Of a stretch of DNA of 64,000 bases, positions 48,907 to 60,798 are shown in pieces. The DNA is from Botryllus schlosseri (Eukaryota). Position 1 is the stretch's first letter. Each line of letters starts with the position of its first letter. Where the stretch lies: assembly GCA_051294905.1 (NCBI GenBank), contig CM119371.1, positions 23,686,001 to 23,750,000 of the forward strand, given 5' to 3'. The position numbers and the translations under genes were made by a program. The notes under the pieces were generated by a model. The model was given only the letters and a program-made list of their open reading frames with translations. It made no database searches and was not told the origin of the DNA.

Positions 48907-50102
48907 ATATATATTAATTTACGATATACACATTAACTAAGGACCAATCACATGACTATTTACTTGATACATATTCAACACCGTGCCGCCGCGCCTATAC
49001 CCACAACGTTAGTCAAATCATCTCTCCTGAAAGGTCACCATGTCACCGCGCCTATACCTGAAAAGGTAACCATGCCACCACGAGTTTTCACGGAACCGTG
49101 CCGCCGCAGCCTATACCCGAAAAGGTAACCATGCGACCCCCGCCATAAGACACAATGGCACCGTGCCACCCCCGCCATAAGAGATAAGGGTCACCGTGCC
49201 ACCCCCAGTTTCTCGGCACCGTGACACCCCGCCCATAAGAGCCCCATGTTAAAAACACCAAGTCACGACCGATCATATTAACTATACTCACATGTCTATC
49301 AGGGTTACATGGGCATCCTTATTGTCGGACCACTAAGAGACACATTATTTCAAAGCTTATACATATGGTCCAATCGTGCTTGTGATATTGCAACAATTCA
49401 ATGTTTCTGTATTATTCTCAATGTTGCTGTAGCATTCAGGTTGACTAACTGAGTGTGCTATTGGTAATGCACCCAATATATTGCCATTTTGAAGAATGCT
49501 ACACTATAGGATCCGTTTTTAGTTACCAATAGACATTTGCCATTCTTTTGAGTTGTAAATCTGGATTCCCAACTCCTTTAGCAACCCATGGTAACAGTTC
49601 TATACCAATGACAGTGTCACGGCAATACTAGGCTTACCATACGTCCTCTTTTAAGAGGATTTGTCCTCTTTCTTGACTTTTTTGAAAGTGTCCTCGGAGG
49701 ACGCCCTTTTGTCCTCTTTTTTGAGATTTTGTCCTCTTTTTTGAAAATTTAGGTCAGATTTAGAGGAAATTGCGAGTGATATGCCGCAAATTAGCGCAGA
49801 AGTGAAGCTCCGGCGGGTGTTTTGGAGGGAAAAGCGGTGATTTTAGCTCTGAGCGAAAAGAAGGCCTTTTTACATCACTAGGCCTGCTATCCCTAATATC
49901 TTCATCTTGATCCCAATTATCGAGCGTAGAGGAGTGTCAAGTTACACTGGGTAAGATGAATGGGGCATTGGACCTATAGCTGATAGTAAATGTAATGTTT
50001 ATTTTTCCTTCATATCCTGCAGTTTGCAATTAATATGAGGCTGAAATATCCTCGGATGACTGTATCTTCTAACCAAAAATGGATGAAAGAATCGGCCTAG
50101 AT

Positions 50103-51033
50103 CAGTGGTTCCCAAACGGTGGGGAATTCCCCACTGGTGGGGAATGCAATGGTTTCCGGTGCGGAATAGACGCGTTTGTTCAAAATTATCTACAGGAAAG
50201 TCTTCATATTCACGGAGAGACCTGCGCAATTACCGTTATCAGTTAACTTTTTTGGACATTTATGTCACTTACTCAATTTTTTTTGGCGCTGCGCGCGCGA
50301 TTTCCTATTGCTTACTATTTTGATTATTAGGTACCCTTCCCCTACGAAAATACATAGAATTTATACAAATGGAGACTTCGGCGTCGCCCATTACTGCGCC
50401 ACGACGCACCAAGACATGAAGTTATAGGCCATGTAACATGCGACTCCGAGAGGTATACGTACCAGATCGATAAGCAGCGAGAAGACCTTGGCCGAGAAGG
50501 AATGCCCTTGTGGTGACCGAAAACTAACTTCGATATATATACAATATACATATATGTTTATAGGGGGCTAAATGGCTGGCGCCGAATGTTCCTGTCCTGG
50601 CGATCTGAACCCCACAGGACAAATGCCATCCCGCAGAGAAAAAATATTTGCCAGTAAAGCAATACCAATTCGAAATCGTGTGTGCCTTTTAGTTTTGGCG
50701 ATTTCAATATCTTTTGACATAGCAGACACGAAAAAGCATCATGCAACGAAGTCAATATATCAACGGGTCTGCCCGAAGATGTTCAATTCATATTTAGGGG
50801 TCCTACCTTTTCCAACACACCTCACTCAGCTCTACCAGTAAATCTGATAACGTGAGAAGAGAGGGGATGAAAAATTGATAGCAAAATATACACAATTCCC
50901 GATCATATTGACCGATTCAAACATGAATTATATGAAAAGTTTCGCGCCTCGTGCGTTTACGGTCCCGGTGGGGAATGAAGGCTCGGAATAAATCTGAAGT
51001 GGGGAATAAAGACAAAAAGGTTGGGAACCACTG
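50103..51033. mobile_element. hAT-type MITE (CAGTGGTTCCCAA termini)
   Basis: TIR CAGTGGTTCCCAA / TTGGGAACCACTG with TSD GCCTAGAT (50095-50102, 51034-51041). Confidence 0.85.
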
Positions 51034-53469
51034 GCCTAGATCGATACCAGTACCTTTTTTCCTGGTAAATCAATTGACCCCTTGGATATATAACTTCTAT
51101 GATAAAAGTGTGGATTTATATATGCTATGAAAAATTAACATGGATAAATTCGTGAAATTTTGCATATTTTGGGCATATGTTGTAGAGCAAAAACTTGACG
51201 TGATAGAAGAAAACCAGCGGTATTTTTGGAATCAGCACGCCAAAATTAGCCCAAATCAAGTCTAAAATCGAAGTCAACAAATTTTTCATTCAAAATTGTT
51301 ACCCAGTGTTATCGAAGCCGATATTTGGTACTTTCTCAATTATCGATATGGACCTATGAACGCCGATATCGCGACCGATATTTTACATTAAAAAAAATTC
51401 AAAAATATTGCAAATTCGATGGTCCGTGTTCTCAATCTCAAGATATCGACGACGCAAAGGGCGATACGTGACAGATTTACTCTTGCACGACGAATTTAGC
51501 TGGGTAAACATGCAGAGAAACTATGCTTCTTGCATCACAATCTACCTTAATGGACTGATCTGTAATTCTGTTTCACGTTTTGCTTTTTGGGTTATCCCAA
51601 ATTTCAATGAATGTACACAATTAGGCAATAAGTCTTCTTAATTTCAGTTTTCTCGTTTGTTGTTCAGCTTTCTGTGACAGGTACAAGTGCCATCTTGCCT
51701 AATATACAATATTTTTTGCGAAATGGTTCTCTGCTCCTTTCATAATAATATCGGTCTTGTAAGTGTGTCGATAATCGGTATCGGTATTGGCCTGCAAAAA
51801 TCAATATCGGTCGACCTCTACATATGATTTGTTATTACACGACCTCTTGACCTGCTGCAGGCCATTAGGCACGATCACTATAGTGATATTGTGAGTGTTA
51901 TAATGGTACGACGTGTACTATGGCGCATGCAGGGAAGGTGTTGAGCTTCGAAATCGAATCCTTCTGTAATGCGAATTCGATCAACGATCAATCTCCAATG
52001 TTCATGTCGATAACAACTCATTTTATAATGTCCATCATAAGCCATAACAAAGATGTTCGTTGCAGATGAGTTCATAGAAATCACTACGAAGGCAATGTCT
52101 CGCTTCCGCAGCACTTTGAATGGACTTTATACATCGAGTGGTTGACAATTTGCAATGCAAGCAGTGTCAGGTTACTGTATGCAAGCGAGTACTGTTGGTC
52201 GAGGGACTAGTTTATCGTATATGACTTTCGCCGGTTTCGCAAGAAGCGATAGTGATAATTCAAAAGCTTAAAACTACAGTTATAACGAACCTATAGTGCC
52301 GATTTTAGCATTTATGGGCACATATACATCGGTGCTATCTCTAGCCACATAGTGAAAATGCATATCGTCATTACAACGCACGATATATGTCGGTATATGA
52401 TAGCCCCTCATTTATCGATTACACACGGACAAGTTTGCGGAGGTATATACTTGAAGTATTATTGAAGTTATTGGGATTTATATGTGACTATTAGGTGCGA
52501 TGCTGATATTAACATTTTATGTTCATGTGGTCTTCGTAGAAACAATCTACCAACGTGGATAACCAGTAGAACTTAGATATATCCCGTTCCGATTGATATT
52601 GTTGATGCTCTTGACGTTAATACAGTACTAGTAAGGAATTCTGCTACCGGCTTTCACAAGCGGCTTTGATCGATATGGACATAGCTAACATCGGTTATGT
52701 TGGCATTCATGGACGAACTTTTACAGGTGCTGTCCGTCAGAGCAAACTGAAAATAAATATGCTTACTGCTACGTATTATATATATCGTTATATACTGCAG
52801 CTTCACGTACATAGGCCTACACATGGACAAGTTTGTGAAGGGAATATAGAGGCTGCGTAAGATAGTAGTTATTCGGATTTATACTTAAATATTATACATT
52901 ATTTTTATATTAGGAAAATGGTATGTGCTCTTCACAAAAGCATTCCATCGATGTCGATCTGAACTGGAACTCAAACTTAGTATGTATCCCGGCCGTTAGC
53001 TGTTGGGGATTGGTCGATGCATTTGACGCTAGTATGGTAGAATGCAGGAACTCTCCTTTGGGGTTTCAGAAACGGCCCTTAGCAGCTTGGGCTAGAGATC
53101 CGTAATTTGACGACACGGACCATTTTCAACATCTATTTATCGACTTTGATATCGTATTTTCCCAACATTTTCGACATGATGAACATCTCATATGAAGATA
53201 TGTATGTACCCTAGGAACAATAGCTATTCTAAAACAAACCGCAACTGGCTAGACGGATTATTGATAATTCGGAATTCCAAGAAAATGGATATATTTTGTT
53301 AATATTCGCGATTGGAAGCCAACCCCAAATTCTGTAATTTGTGTGGTCCTCTTAGCATCAAAGTACCATTTTGGGTAAAGAACTTGTAACAAACCGTAGC
53401 TTGTAATTCTAATACCAATTATATGCAGTGCTGGCAAAAAATCTTGAAATCAGTCGGCCCAAAACACTT

Positions 53470-53790
53470 TTGCAGCAACAAATATGTTCATATTGCCAAA
53501 TTTGTTCCACTCGAAGCTTTTCGACTGACTCTCATCAGGATCGAATTTCAGTAAATGAGGTTAATAAAATTCGAAATGAAGAAATAATTTTGTCGTTGTG
53601 ACGTAATTATGACAAGTACACAAAGTCGAGAACGGCAGATAACAGCACACGGTTACGGTACCAGACACACAAATTTGGGTATAGAATAGCAAAAAGTCAA
53701 CACAAGACTAATGCAATATTTCCAGGGTGTAAAGATATTCTTTCAAGCTCTGTATCTGTGCAACAAAGTCTGATTGATGAATATGTGATT
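53470..53790 (-). mobile_element. Decayed Penelope-like 3' end
   Basis: Minus-strand HIHQSDF...KEYLYTLEILH* (stop at 53708-53710) parallels KIHQPKF...KEFVYHLKIVH* at 26100-26170 and is followed by a hammerhead. Confidence 0.65.
53508..53552 (-). ncRNA. Second minimal hammerhead ribozyme (stem I weakened)
   Basis: Minus strand reads ACTGA...ATC-CTGATGA-G-AGTCAGT-C-GAAA-AGCT-TC-GAGT, with palindromic stem III AAGCTT and loop II TCAGT complementary to upstream ACTGA. Confidence 0.7.
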
Positions 53791-55379
53791 AAGTCGTTCG
53801 CGTTCGTATAATGCAGTGCTACCAAACCTTTCTTTCGGTTCGCGACCCACTTTTACCGGGATGCTTCATTATGCGACCTACCATGAGATATGCCGAACAT
53901 AAAAGAATGTACTTCAACGTACAATGAATCGTGTGAGCATAGTGTAGGGTTACCATATTTTTGTGGCACAGATTCCGGACGTTATTTAGCGCCAACTATC
54001 GAATTTTAACAGGAGGTATGAGCACATTGTCGATTAATATGACGTCACAATCGCAGAGCTTTTTCCATCTACTATAGATAGTCACGATTCGGTTCAGGAG
54101 TATGGGATTGTGTGTTGTAAGTTGTAACCAGGGCCGAAGTCACATTTTTACAGCCCCCTGGCGCCCAAATGAATACTGATCTTGGGCCCACCGTAGAGTA
54201 ATCGATGCAACTTCTGGGGGCTTACGATATGCATCTGGTCGTCAAATGATTTGAATGAATTATGTCAATAATATTGGTTCTTCCATATATTACTGAATAA
54301 CTTTGATCCTCTCTCCGCCCATATGATCAAATTTAGCGCTAGAGCTGATGGATGATGATGACGACTTGGAAAATGCGAGAAACGTAATTGTACATCGTTA
54401 AGTCATGTTCATGTCACACTGATAAAATTAGTTATCAGTCTAATGCCGGTGCGCACTGCACTACTGAGATATGTAAACATCGCACATTCGGGGGTCTAAT
54501 TCTAACCTTTTCTGGTCGCGACTCCATTTCCAATTTGAAAATGTTCCGTTGTCCAGCTCAAAATTTGATGAGCTGATTACTAATTAAAGGTCGGCACATT
54601 TGCCCATACTTACTCACGGCCTATTTTGGAAGCTGATTACATTCAACATCTTCGCGAACCCTAGAACAGTGCTCTTCAACCTTTTTCGTCGTGGTACACC
54701 CTTTTAACATTTTCTCAAAACTCGTACACCCCTGACCATATAATACACCGATAACGCAGAAAGCCGCATTTTGATTACATATACAATACGTCCGGATTCC
54801 AGCGCGGAGTTGCCACGGCCCATGGACAAGAAATACTCATAGGAAATTTGATACTGGGAACTTAAAACCGCGGAGAGCCCTTGTGGTGTTCTGTACCTTC
54901 ACTTATTTCTTGAGATATGCCTTGCGTAAATTTTCTTATTGTAGAAGCAAAACATCCCAGCAGGCTTACAATATATAATTTATGTACCAAAATCGCGAGT
55001 ATAAATGTCAAGAAAAGATACTAGAATCATGTGTGTAGTCGCGCGGAGCGCGAAAACTTTGCCCCTTGAATGGATTTCATCGAAAATGTTGGTAGTTTCA
55101 CATATTAGTGTCAAAACTTTATTCATTCTCAGCTCACGTGATCAGATTAACCCGTAGAGTTGATGGAGGTTGTCTTCGAAAATATTGGGCACAATATTAT
55201 TGATGATGCATCTTCCGGTTTTTATTAATCACTTAGTTGCATGTTGTTATTTCGTGACCTCCCGCCAGCATTGTTTGTATTGTTATTAATAATATTTCTA
55301 TTACAAATCAATGACAGTGGCGATAATCGCATGCTTAGAATTTGTGCGCCACAACAGTGCATCTCCTAAAGTTTAGTGT

Positions 55380-55642
55380 CTTTGCTTTGGGTAATGAGGA
55401 CGACTTTCGCTTGCACGCGCACTCCCACTCTTCATTCTCTCTAGCTAACGTGCGTCCACTGCCAGGACTTTGCTGTTGACTTTGGAGCTCGGCTCACTCT
55501 TCTTTTAGGCTTTTCAAGACGCTAGGACGGCGACGAGGAGCAGCCTAGATCAACCTCCGACACGTAGAAACAAAACATGGCTGAGCCGAGACTCGAACCA
55601 GCAATCATTGGTTGTATAATGACGGACGCCAGCACACGCTAA
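55380..55642 (-). mobile_element. Possible tRNA-derived SINE fragment
   Basis: Minus strand has TTAGCGTG...GGTTCGAGTCTCGGCTCAGCCA (B-box-like, tRNA 3'-half-like) followed by a GC-richer body. Confidence 0.3.
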
Positions 55643-55963
55643 TTTAAATATGTGTAGAAGGTCGCAAAATAATGGTTTTGCGGCTGAATGAGGCCGTACG
55701 TCCGATGAACATTTGAGCAAGTCTGCAACGTATAGGAAATCCTAAATACGAATCAGGGATCGAGGTTACTGGACCGCCATCTAACACAGTGGTTCGCAAA
55801 CTCGACCCCTGGCTGCGCAAGCATATATTCTGCGCTATTCATAAGCTTGCCGCATGAAGCACCAATTCAAAATGTCTGAGCTGTAGCGGTGGTTTCCTCG
55901 AGAATCCTCAGACAGACATCGCAAGCTCAACACACGCTAACTCCACCCTGCTCTACTCGAAAA

Positions 55964-56342
55964 GGGTGTCCGGTCAGTACCGAGAATGCTATTACCGAGG
56001 ATGCTAATACCGAGAAGAACAATACCGAGAATGGACATTACCGAGAATGGACACCACCGAGAATGCACATTACCGAGAATGCAATACATGCAATGCAGGC
56101 ATGTTATGCATATGAACAGGTTGTGTGTGTGCAGTGCATAACGGCGTTGCCACATACGGTTTCGGTTCTCAGGTATAAATTTGTCGACAACGTCCGTTAC
56201 ATTAAGCCAGGCATGCTCGGTATTGTCCGTTCTCGGTAATATGCATTCTCGGTAATAGCATTCTCGGTAATGTCCATCTCGGTAATAGCATTCTCGGTAC
56301 TGTCCATCTCGGTAATAGTATTCTCGATAATAGTATGGAACC
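55964..56342. mobile_element. Foldback MITE built from ~14-16-bp ACCGAGAATG repeats
   Basis: ACCGAGAAT arrays on the left and ATTCTCGGT arrays on the right, with flanking direct repeat CTCGAAAA (55956-55963, 56343-56350). Confidence 0.75.
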
Positions 56343-57237
56343 CTCGAAAAAGAAGTAATAAGTCCATTACCAAATGTTAACTGATGAGAAACATTTGCTT
56401 ATGACATCACATTGTACGATATTAGACATCCAGTCTATCTGTTTTGAAGTGTAAACTGGCGTATTTATTGTGATAGCTATAGTCATCGTATCATCGGTTC
56501 ATCATAATGTGGATATGGTACACCCCTGTACACCCAATCCGAGTGGTACACACTTTAAAAATTATGGTAGGCCTACCCCCTACACCCCACCCTGGGGTGT
56601 ACGAAACACCCGGTTGAAGAGCACTGTCATATTGCTCATTAACATGTGCGTCAACCTGTACTGACGCATAAACCAGCCTTTGTGATAGCTAGCCATCGGC
56701 TCATTGTAATTCGGATCTGGTACACCCCTGTACACCCCATCCGAGTGGTACACCCTTTGAAAATTCTGGTACACCCTAGGGTGTACGACAACCCCGGTTG
56801 AAGAGCACTGCCCTAGAATAAAGGCAAACTACCCCCAGATTTAGAACCACGATCTTTGAATAAAGCATCCTAACGGCCTAAACCGACTCTATGAATATAC
56901 CGTTATCTTGTGATTGCGATTACCATTAGACTTATTTTTGTAAATGAATGCTGTTTTTATTTATTTTAGATCGCAGTTTTCGTGCGAGGGTGGTAGTCCC
57001 CATATTAAAATCAAAATACGTAACACTAAATCACGCGCAGCGCGAAGAAAAATGTGATGTATCAAATCTGCCCAAAATTATATTGTTTATGTTGATTTAC
57101 GAAAAAATTATGAGCTTACTTCAAGCCTTCGAAATTCCCGACATTTAGGCATATTTTAGAAATTCCTCCCGGACGCAGACTCAACAGTGAAATTCCGGAC
57201 ATGTCCGGGAAATTCCGGACGTATGGCAACCCTAGCC

Positions 57238-57821
57238 TAGTGTCCTATATGGTGTCGACACAGGCAAATCTCACGGCTCAGTGAAATTGTATCACACCAC
57301 AACTTCCATTTGGCTACAGGCAATTTGACGGTCATTTATGACCGGCTTGCCGAGCATTAAATTTGGTTAAACGGGTATCAATCGAAAGCTGACTCTGCAC
57401 TGATTACGAAAATATAAATTTTATTCCGATCGTGGCCCTGGAACTCCCACAATCAGCCTCGAATTTTTCATTGTTATAGAGATTGGCATTGGGACGCAAC
57501 AATGATGAACAATGTGGTCTGGCTCTTTTTCTCTTGAGCTACTCTCTCGTTTCGCCAGACAGCATTGTTGCATCCCAATGCCAATCTCCTTAACAATGAA
57601 AAATTCGAGGCTGATGGTGTGAGTTCCAGGGCCACGAGAATAGAATTTATATTTTCGTAATCAGTGTCAGCTTTCGATTGATACCCGTTTTACCAAATTT
57701 AATGCTCGGCAAGCCGGTCAAAAATGACCGTCAAATTGCCTGTAGCCAAATGGAAATCGTGACGTGATACAATTTCACTGAGGCGTGAGATTTGCCTGTG
57801 TCGACACCATATAGGACACTA
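57238..57821. mobile_element. Fully palindromic MITE (TAGTGTCCTATATGG termini; possibly P-like CATAG ends)
   Basis: Two ~280-bp inverted arms meet near 57530. The true left end appears to be CATAGTG at 53938, displaced by the 53945 insertion, with direct repeat (C)GTGTGAG at 53930-53937 and 57823-57830. Confidence 0.8.
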
Positions 57822-59859
57822 TCGTGTGAGTGACGAGCACTGAGCTATATAAACACTGGAGTGCGCTACTCGCGATATTTACGTTGTCACTAGAAACAGT
57901 TGCATTGTGGGGGATAGGCTGGACGATTTAGTGCAGGAGCTTATGGAAAAACGTCCAGTTCTAAAATATATTTGATTCGTATTGGGTTTGTAGTATTTTA
58001 TACGAATGGAGCTTTGAATGAATAATCATCGTAACATTCAGGATTTGTTTCAGACCAATATCTCGTGTTTATATCTGTGTTATCTGTGTATTTCGACATG
58101 TCGAAGATATAAGTGGTTTCGACTGTTCGTGGTAAAATAAGGTTGTCTATGTGTCATCTTATGTATTTTTGTGGTTATATTCCTGATGCAGATTGCTTTA
58201 CTCGTTGTATCCAGCATATTTTACGTGTACAGAAATAACCAAGCTGTCAAAAGATGTATAATACCAGTTCAGTTATCTTTCAGATATATGTATCTATAGG
58301 AAGTAAAAGCATCTACGATTGTCAGCTTGAAGTTATTATCGGAGCGTGCCTCGGAATTACCTATCCTGGATTCAAAATCTTCATACTTCAATGGAGCTGA
58401 TGTGAATGCTATAACTGCCAGCTGTGAATATTGCTGATGGAGAAAATTCAGCATCATGGGACATATCAAAAGGCACTGCTGAAATCAACTGAATGCCATT
58501 GTGGTTATTCTACGTATTTATTGGTTCAGCGTATTTAAATAAATCCAAAAAAGATAAAGTAAAGATATGTCTGCTATGTGTGGCGATGGGGTAGTGATTT
58601 CTGTAGAAGTGACTGAATGAGTTCATTGAATGAGAGAAACAAGAAACGCATGGGTCCTTATTCAGATGTAGCTAGAATTGCCCAATTCACAGTGAAATTG
58701 GGGCTATGTTGGTTGTAACAGCAATCTGTGCACTTTGGGAGTTCATAATAAATATTAATTTTATCGAATCAAAACGGCACAAGATACAATCTAAATGGCG
58801 TACATGTATTTTATCATAATTACACCGTATTTTATCATAATTACACCTATAGCTACCCATATACGTGTGTACATGAAGCTTGGCTCGTTTTGCACTTTCA
58901 TGAAACCAGAAATTAGTTTAGATTCAAAACCAACTGGAGATGTGAACATTCCAACTCAGTTTTTCTGCCCACGATACTTGCCTACCCTACTAGATGAAGC
59001 ACTCGAGCCTGGCTTTAGATCAACCATTTCTGTGGTCACACGCAATAACGCGCTGTACTGCCTCGTCACACGAAATACCGCGCTGTACTGTCTCCTACCA
59101 AAATACTGAACTCTCGTTTTCAGTAACACCAGCTTCGGTTATGAAAAACGAATTTTTCTATTAAAACAACAACATAAAAAATAAAAACAGAGATAAATTA
59201 ATTGTTATCGACTTTACGTCGCCTTCGGCGTAATTAACGGTGATCTGAAAGTCAAATGTGGGATAAGTTAGGGCTTAATATCTGCGAACGAGGTATAATA
59301 AACGAACCGATTCTGATCTTAGTTCCAATTTAATGGAATTTCTTCTCTTCTTACGCGGCACAGGCACAGTCACATTGAAGGCCACCCCACTACGGGTCCT
59401 ACGACGACGACATCGTTTTGGGGCACTGTTCAAGATAAATGAACTAACATATGAGAAATTGTTCACTTGAAGACACATTGATCGACATACCTTGATGTCA
59501 CGACAACGTTTTTATACCAAAATGCGTATAAAATAGTAAAGAAAGTGTGTTAGCCGGTGTCTTCTACGGGTTTGAAGTATGTGTTGGATAGACTTGCTCC
59601 CTTCTTTGTTTTCTTATTATCTGTAAAGATACCAAAAACTGTGAGTACAGAATTACAATAATGAAAATTCAACGGCATGCGAAGAAAGTGGCCTCACCTC
59701 ATTCAGTGGGTTAGCCGGTGTCTTCCGTGGGTTTGAAGTAAGAGTTGGGTATGTAAATATTCTCTCTGGCGACGCAGGGTTGGCTTTACAGCTTAACGAT
59801 GGTCGATTCCAGAACCTTTGAATGGAAAAGAAAACAGCCACGAGCAAGTATGGAATAAA

Positions 59860-60090
59860 GCGATAGTTACATCGGTGTACCAGAGCACATATCATATAAA
59901 TTATATATTGACAGTTAACCGCTAAAGGTATTGGACACTGAATGCAGCCTAATGATAAAAGGATGACAGATGTAACAAAATTGTTATCCACCTTCTCAAT
60001 GACAACATCGGAAAGCGGTAACGAATTGTCATTTTCTTTTTTAACGGAAGGGTGAAGGTAATTCAACAATTGAATCACCTTGAGCCTCAT
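59860..60090 (-). pseudogene. Decayed Penelope-type reverse transcriptase thumb fragment
   Basis: LNYLHPS-VKKENDNSLPLSDVVIEKVDNNFVTSV matches the Penelope pattern LNxLHPxLKFTxEKExxNSLPFLDV...TSVYRKPT. Confidence 0.7.
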
Positions 60091-60491
60091 TATTGAACAT
60101 ATGGCAAAGGTGTCAATCGCCGTAACAGAACCGGCTTAATGAAATAACATTAATGCCCAATCTGTGCTAGTAGAGAATATATTTTAATGGAAGCCTATAA
60201 AATACGCATGATCGAAAAAACACCTAAATACGTTCTATAGCCTAGATCAGGGGTGGGCAATTATTTTTCTCCGCGGGCCAAATGAGAAGTAGAAAATACA
60301 TTGGCGGGCCAAATGATTTTTTTTTTAGCTAAACTCTGCAGCGTATTTTAATTTTATTTCTCAATTTCATGCTGCTCAGGTAATGCGTTGATGTTATATA
60401 TTTGCCGTCATGATTCGAAACAATGTCAAACTCGAAGCATTTTCAACTCTCTTTAAACCCGTATCCACGTTCTACTATTAAGACACTAAAA

Positions 60492-60798
60492 CAGTGGTTC
60501 TCAAACTTTTTAGGCACGCCCCCCTTTATGACAGTGAAAAAATTCGCGCCCCTTTATCATGATATCACAAAATATGAAAAAGAGCAACCAGAATGCTAGC
60601 AATCCCGACGGATAGTTTTGATGGCACGGATGGTGAGGACTGTTGATGAGAGAATTTTGTAATATCAAAGTCGAACAATACAATGAGAATGACTATGAGC
60701 TGGGGGGTAAATCGAGCCTAGGGCGAAAAATGTTTAATTTAACCTCGGTTTCGCGCCCCCTTAAGATGCTTTCACGCCCCTCGGTTTGAGAACCACGG
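60492..60798. mobile_element. hAT-type MITE (CAGTGGTTCTC termini)
   Basis: CAGTGGTTCTCAAAC / GTTTGAGAACCACGG with degenerate TSD CACTAAAA/CACTTGAA. A related 5' end lies at 15065. Confidence 0.6.

Larger units (their letters stand above)
30170..49288. mobile_element. Non-autonomous palindromic Polinton/Maverick derivative (14.3 kb without the Gypsy insert)
   Basis: Termini AGTAGTTAATATGATCGG... / ...CCGATCATATTAACTATACT, 6-bp TSD CACATG (30164-30169, 49289-49294), adenain-like protease near each end, and GC-rich subterminal repeats. Confidence 0.85.
37798..49288. repeat. Right arm of the giant inverted repeat, interrupted by Gypsy at 44140-48906
   Basis: 37798-44139 plus 48912-49288 (6719 bp) is the reverse complement of 30170-36887. 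Confidence 0.97.
54667..56810. mobile_element. hAT-type element (CAGTGCTCTTCAACC termini, GTACACCC motifs) with a duplicated right end
   Basis: Perfect 15-bp TIR with TSD CCCTAGAA (54659-54666, 56811-56818). A second right terminus ends at ~56626. Confidence 0.85.
53945..57234. mobile_element. hAT-type element (TAGGGTT(A/G)CCATA termini, TCCGGAC subterminal motifs)
   Basis: TIR pair with TSD GCATAGTG/GCCTAGTG (53937-53944, 57235-57242). Confidence 0.75.

Noticed and set aside
30170..49288. Palindrome as a chimeric-read or assembly artefact
   Set aside because: The arms differ by substitutions and indels, only one holds the Gypsy, both outer ends share a 6-bp TSD, and the flanks are unrelated. 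Read-level confirmation is still desirable.
59200..59232. Possible third hammerhead (minus strand CCGAAGGC-GAC-GTAAA-GTC-GATAA)
   Set aside because: Core CUGANGA and GAAA are both mismatched, and there is no convincing stem I or III.
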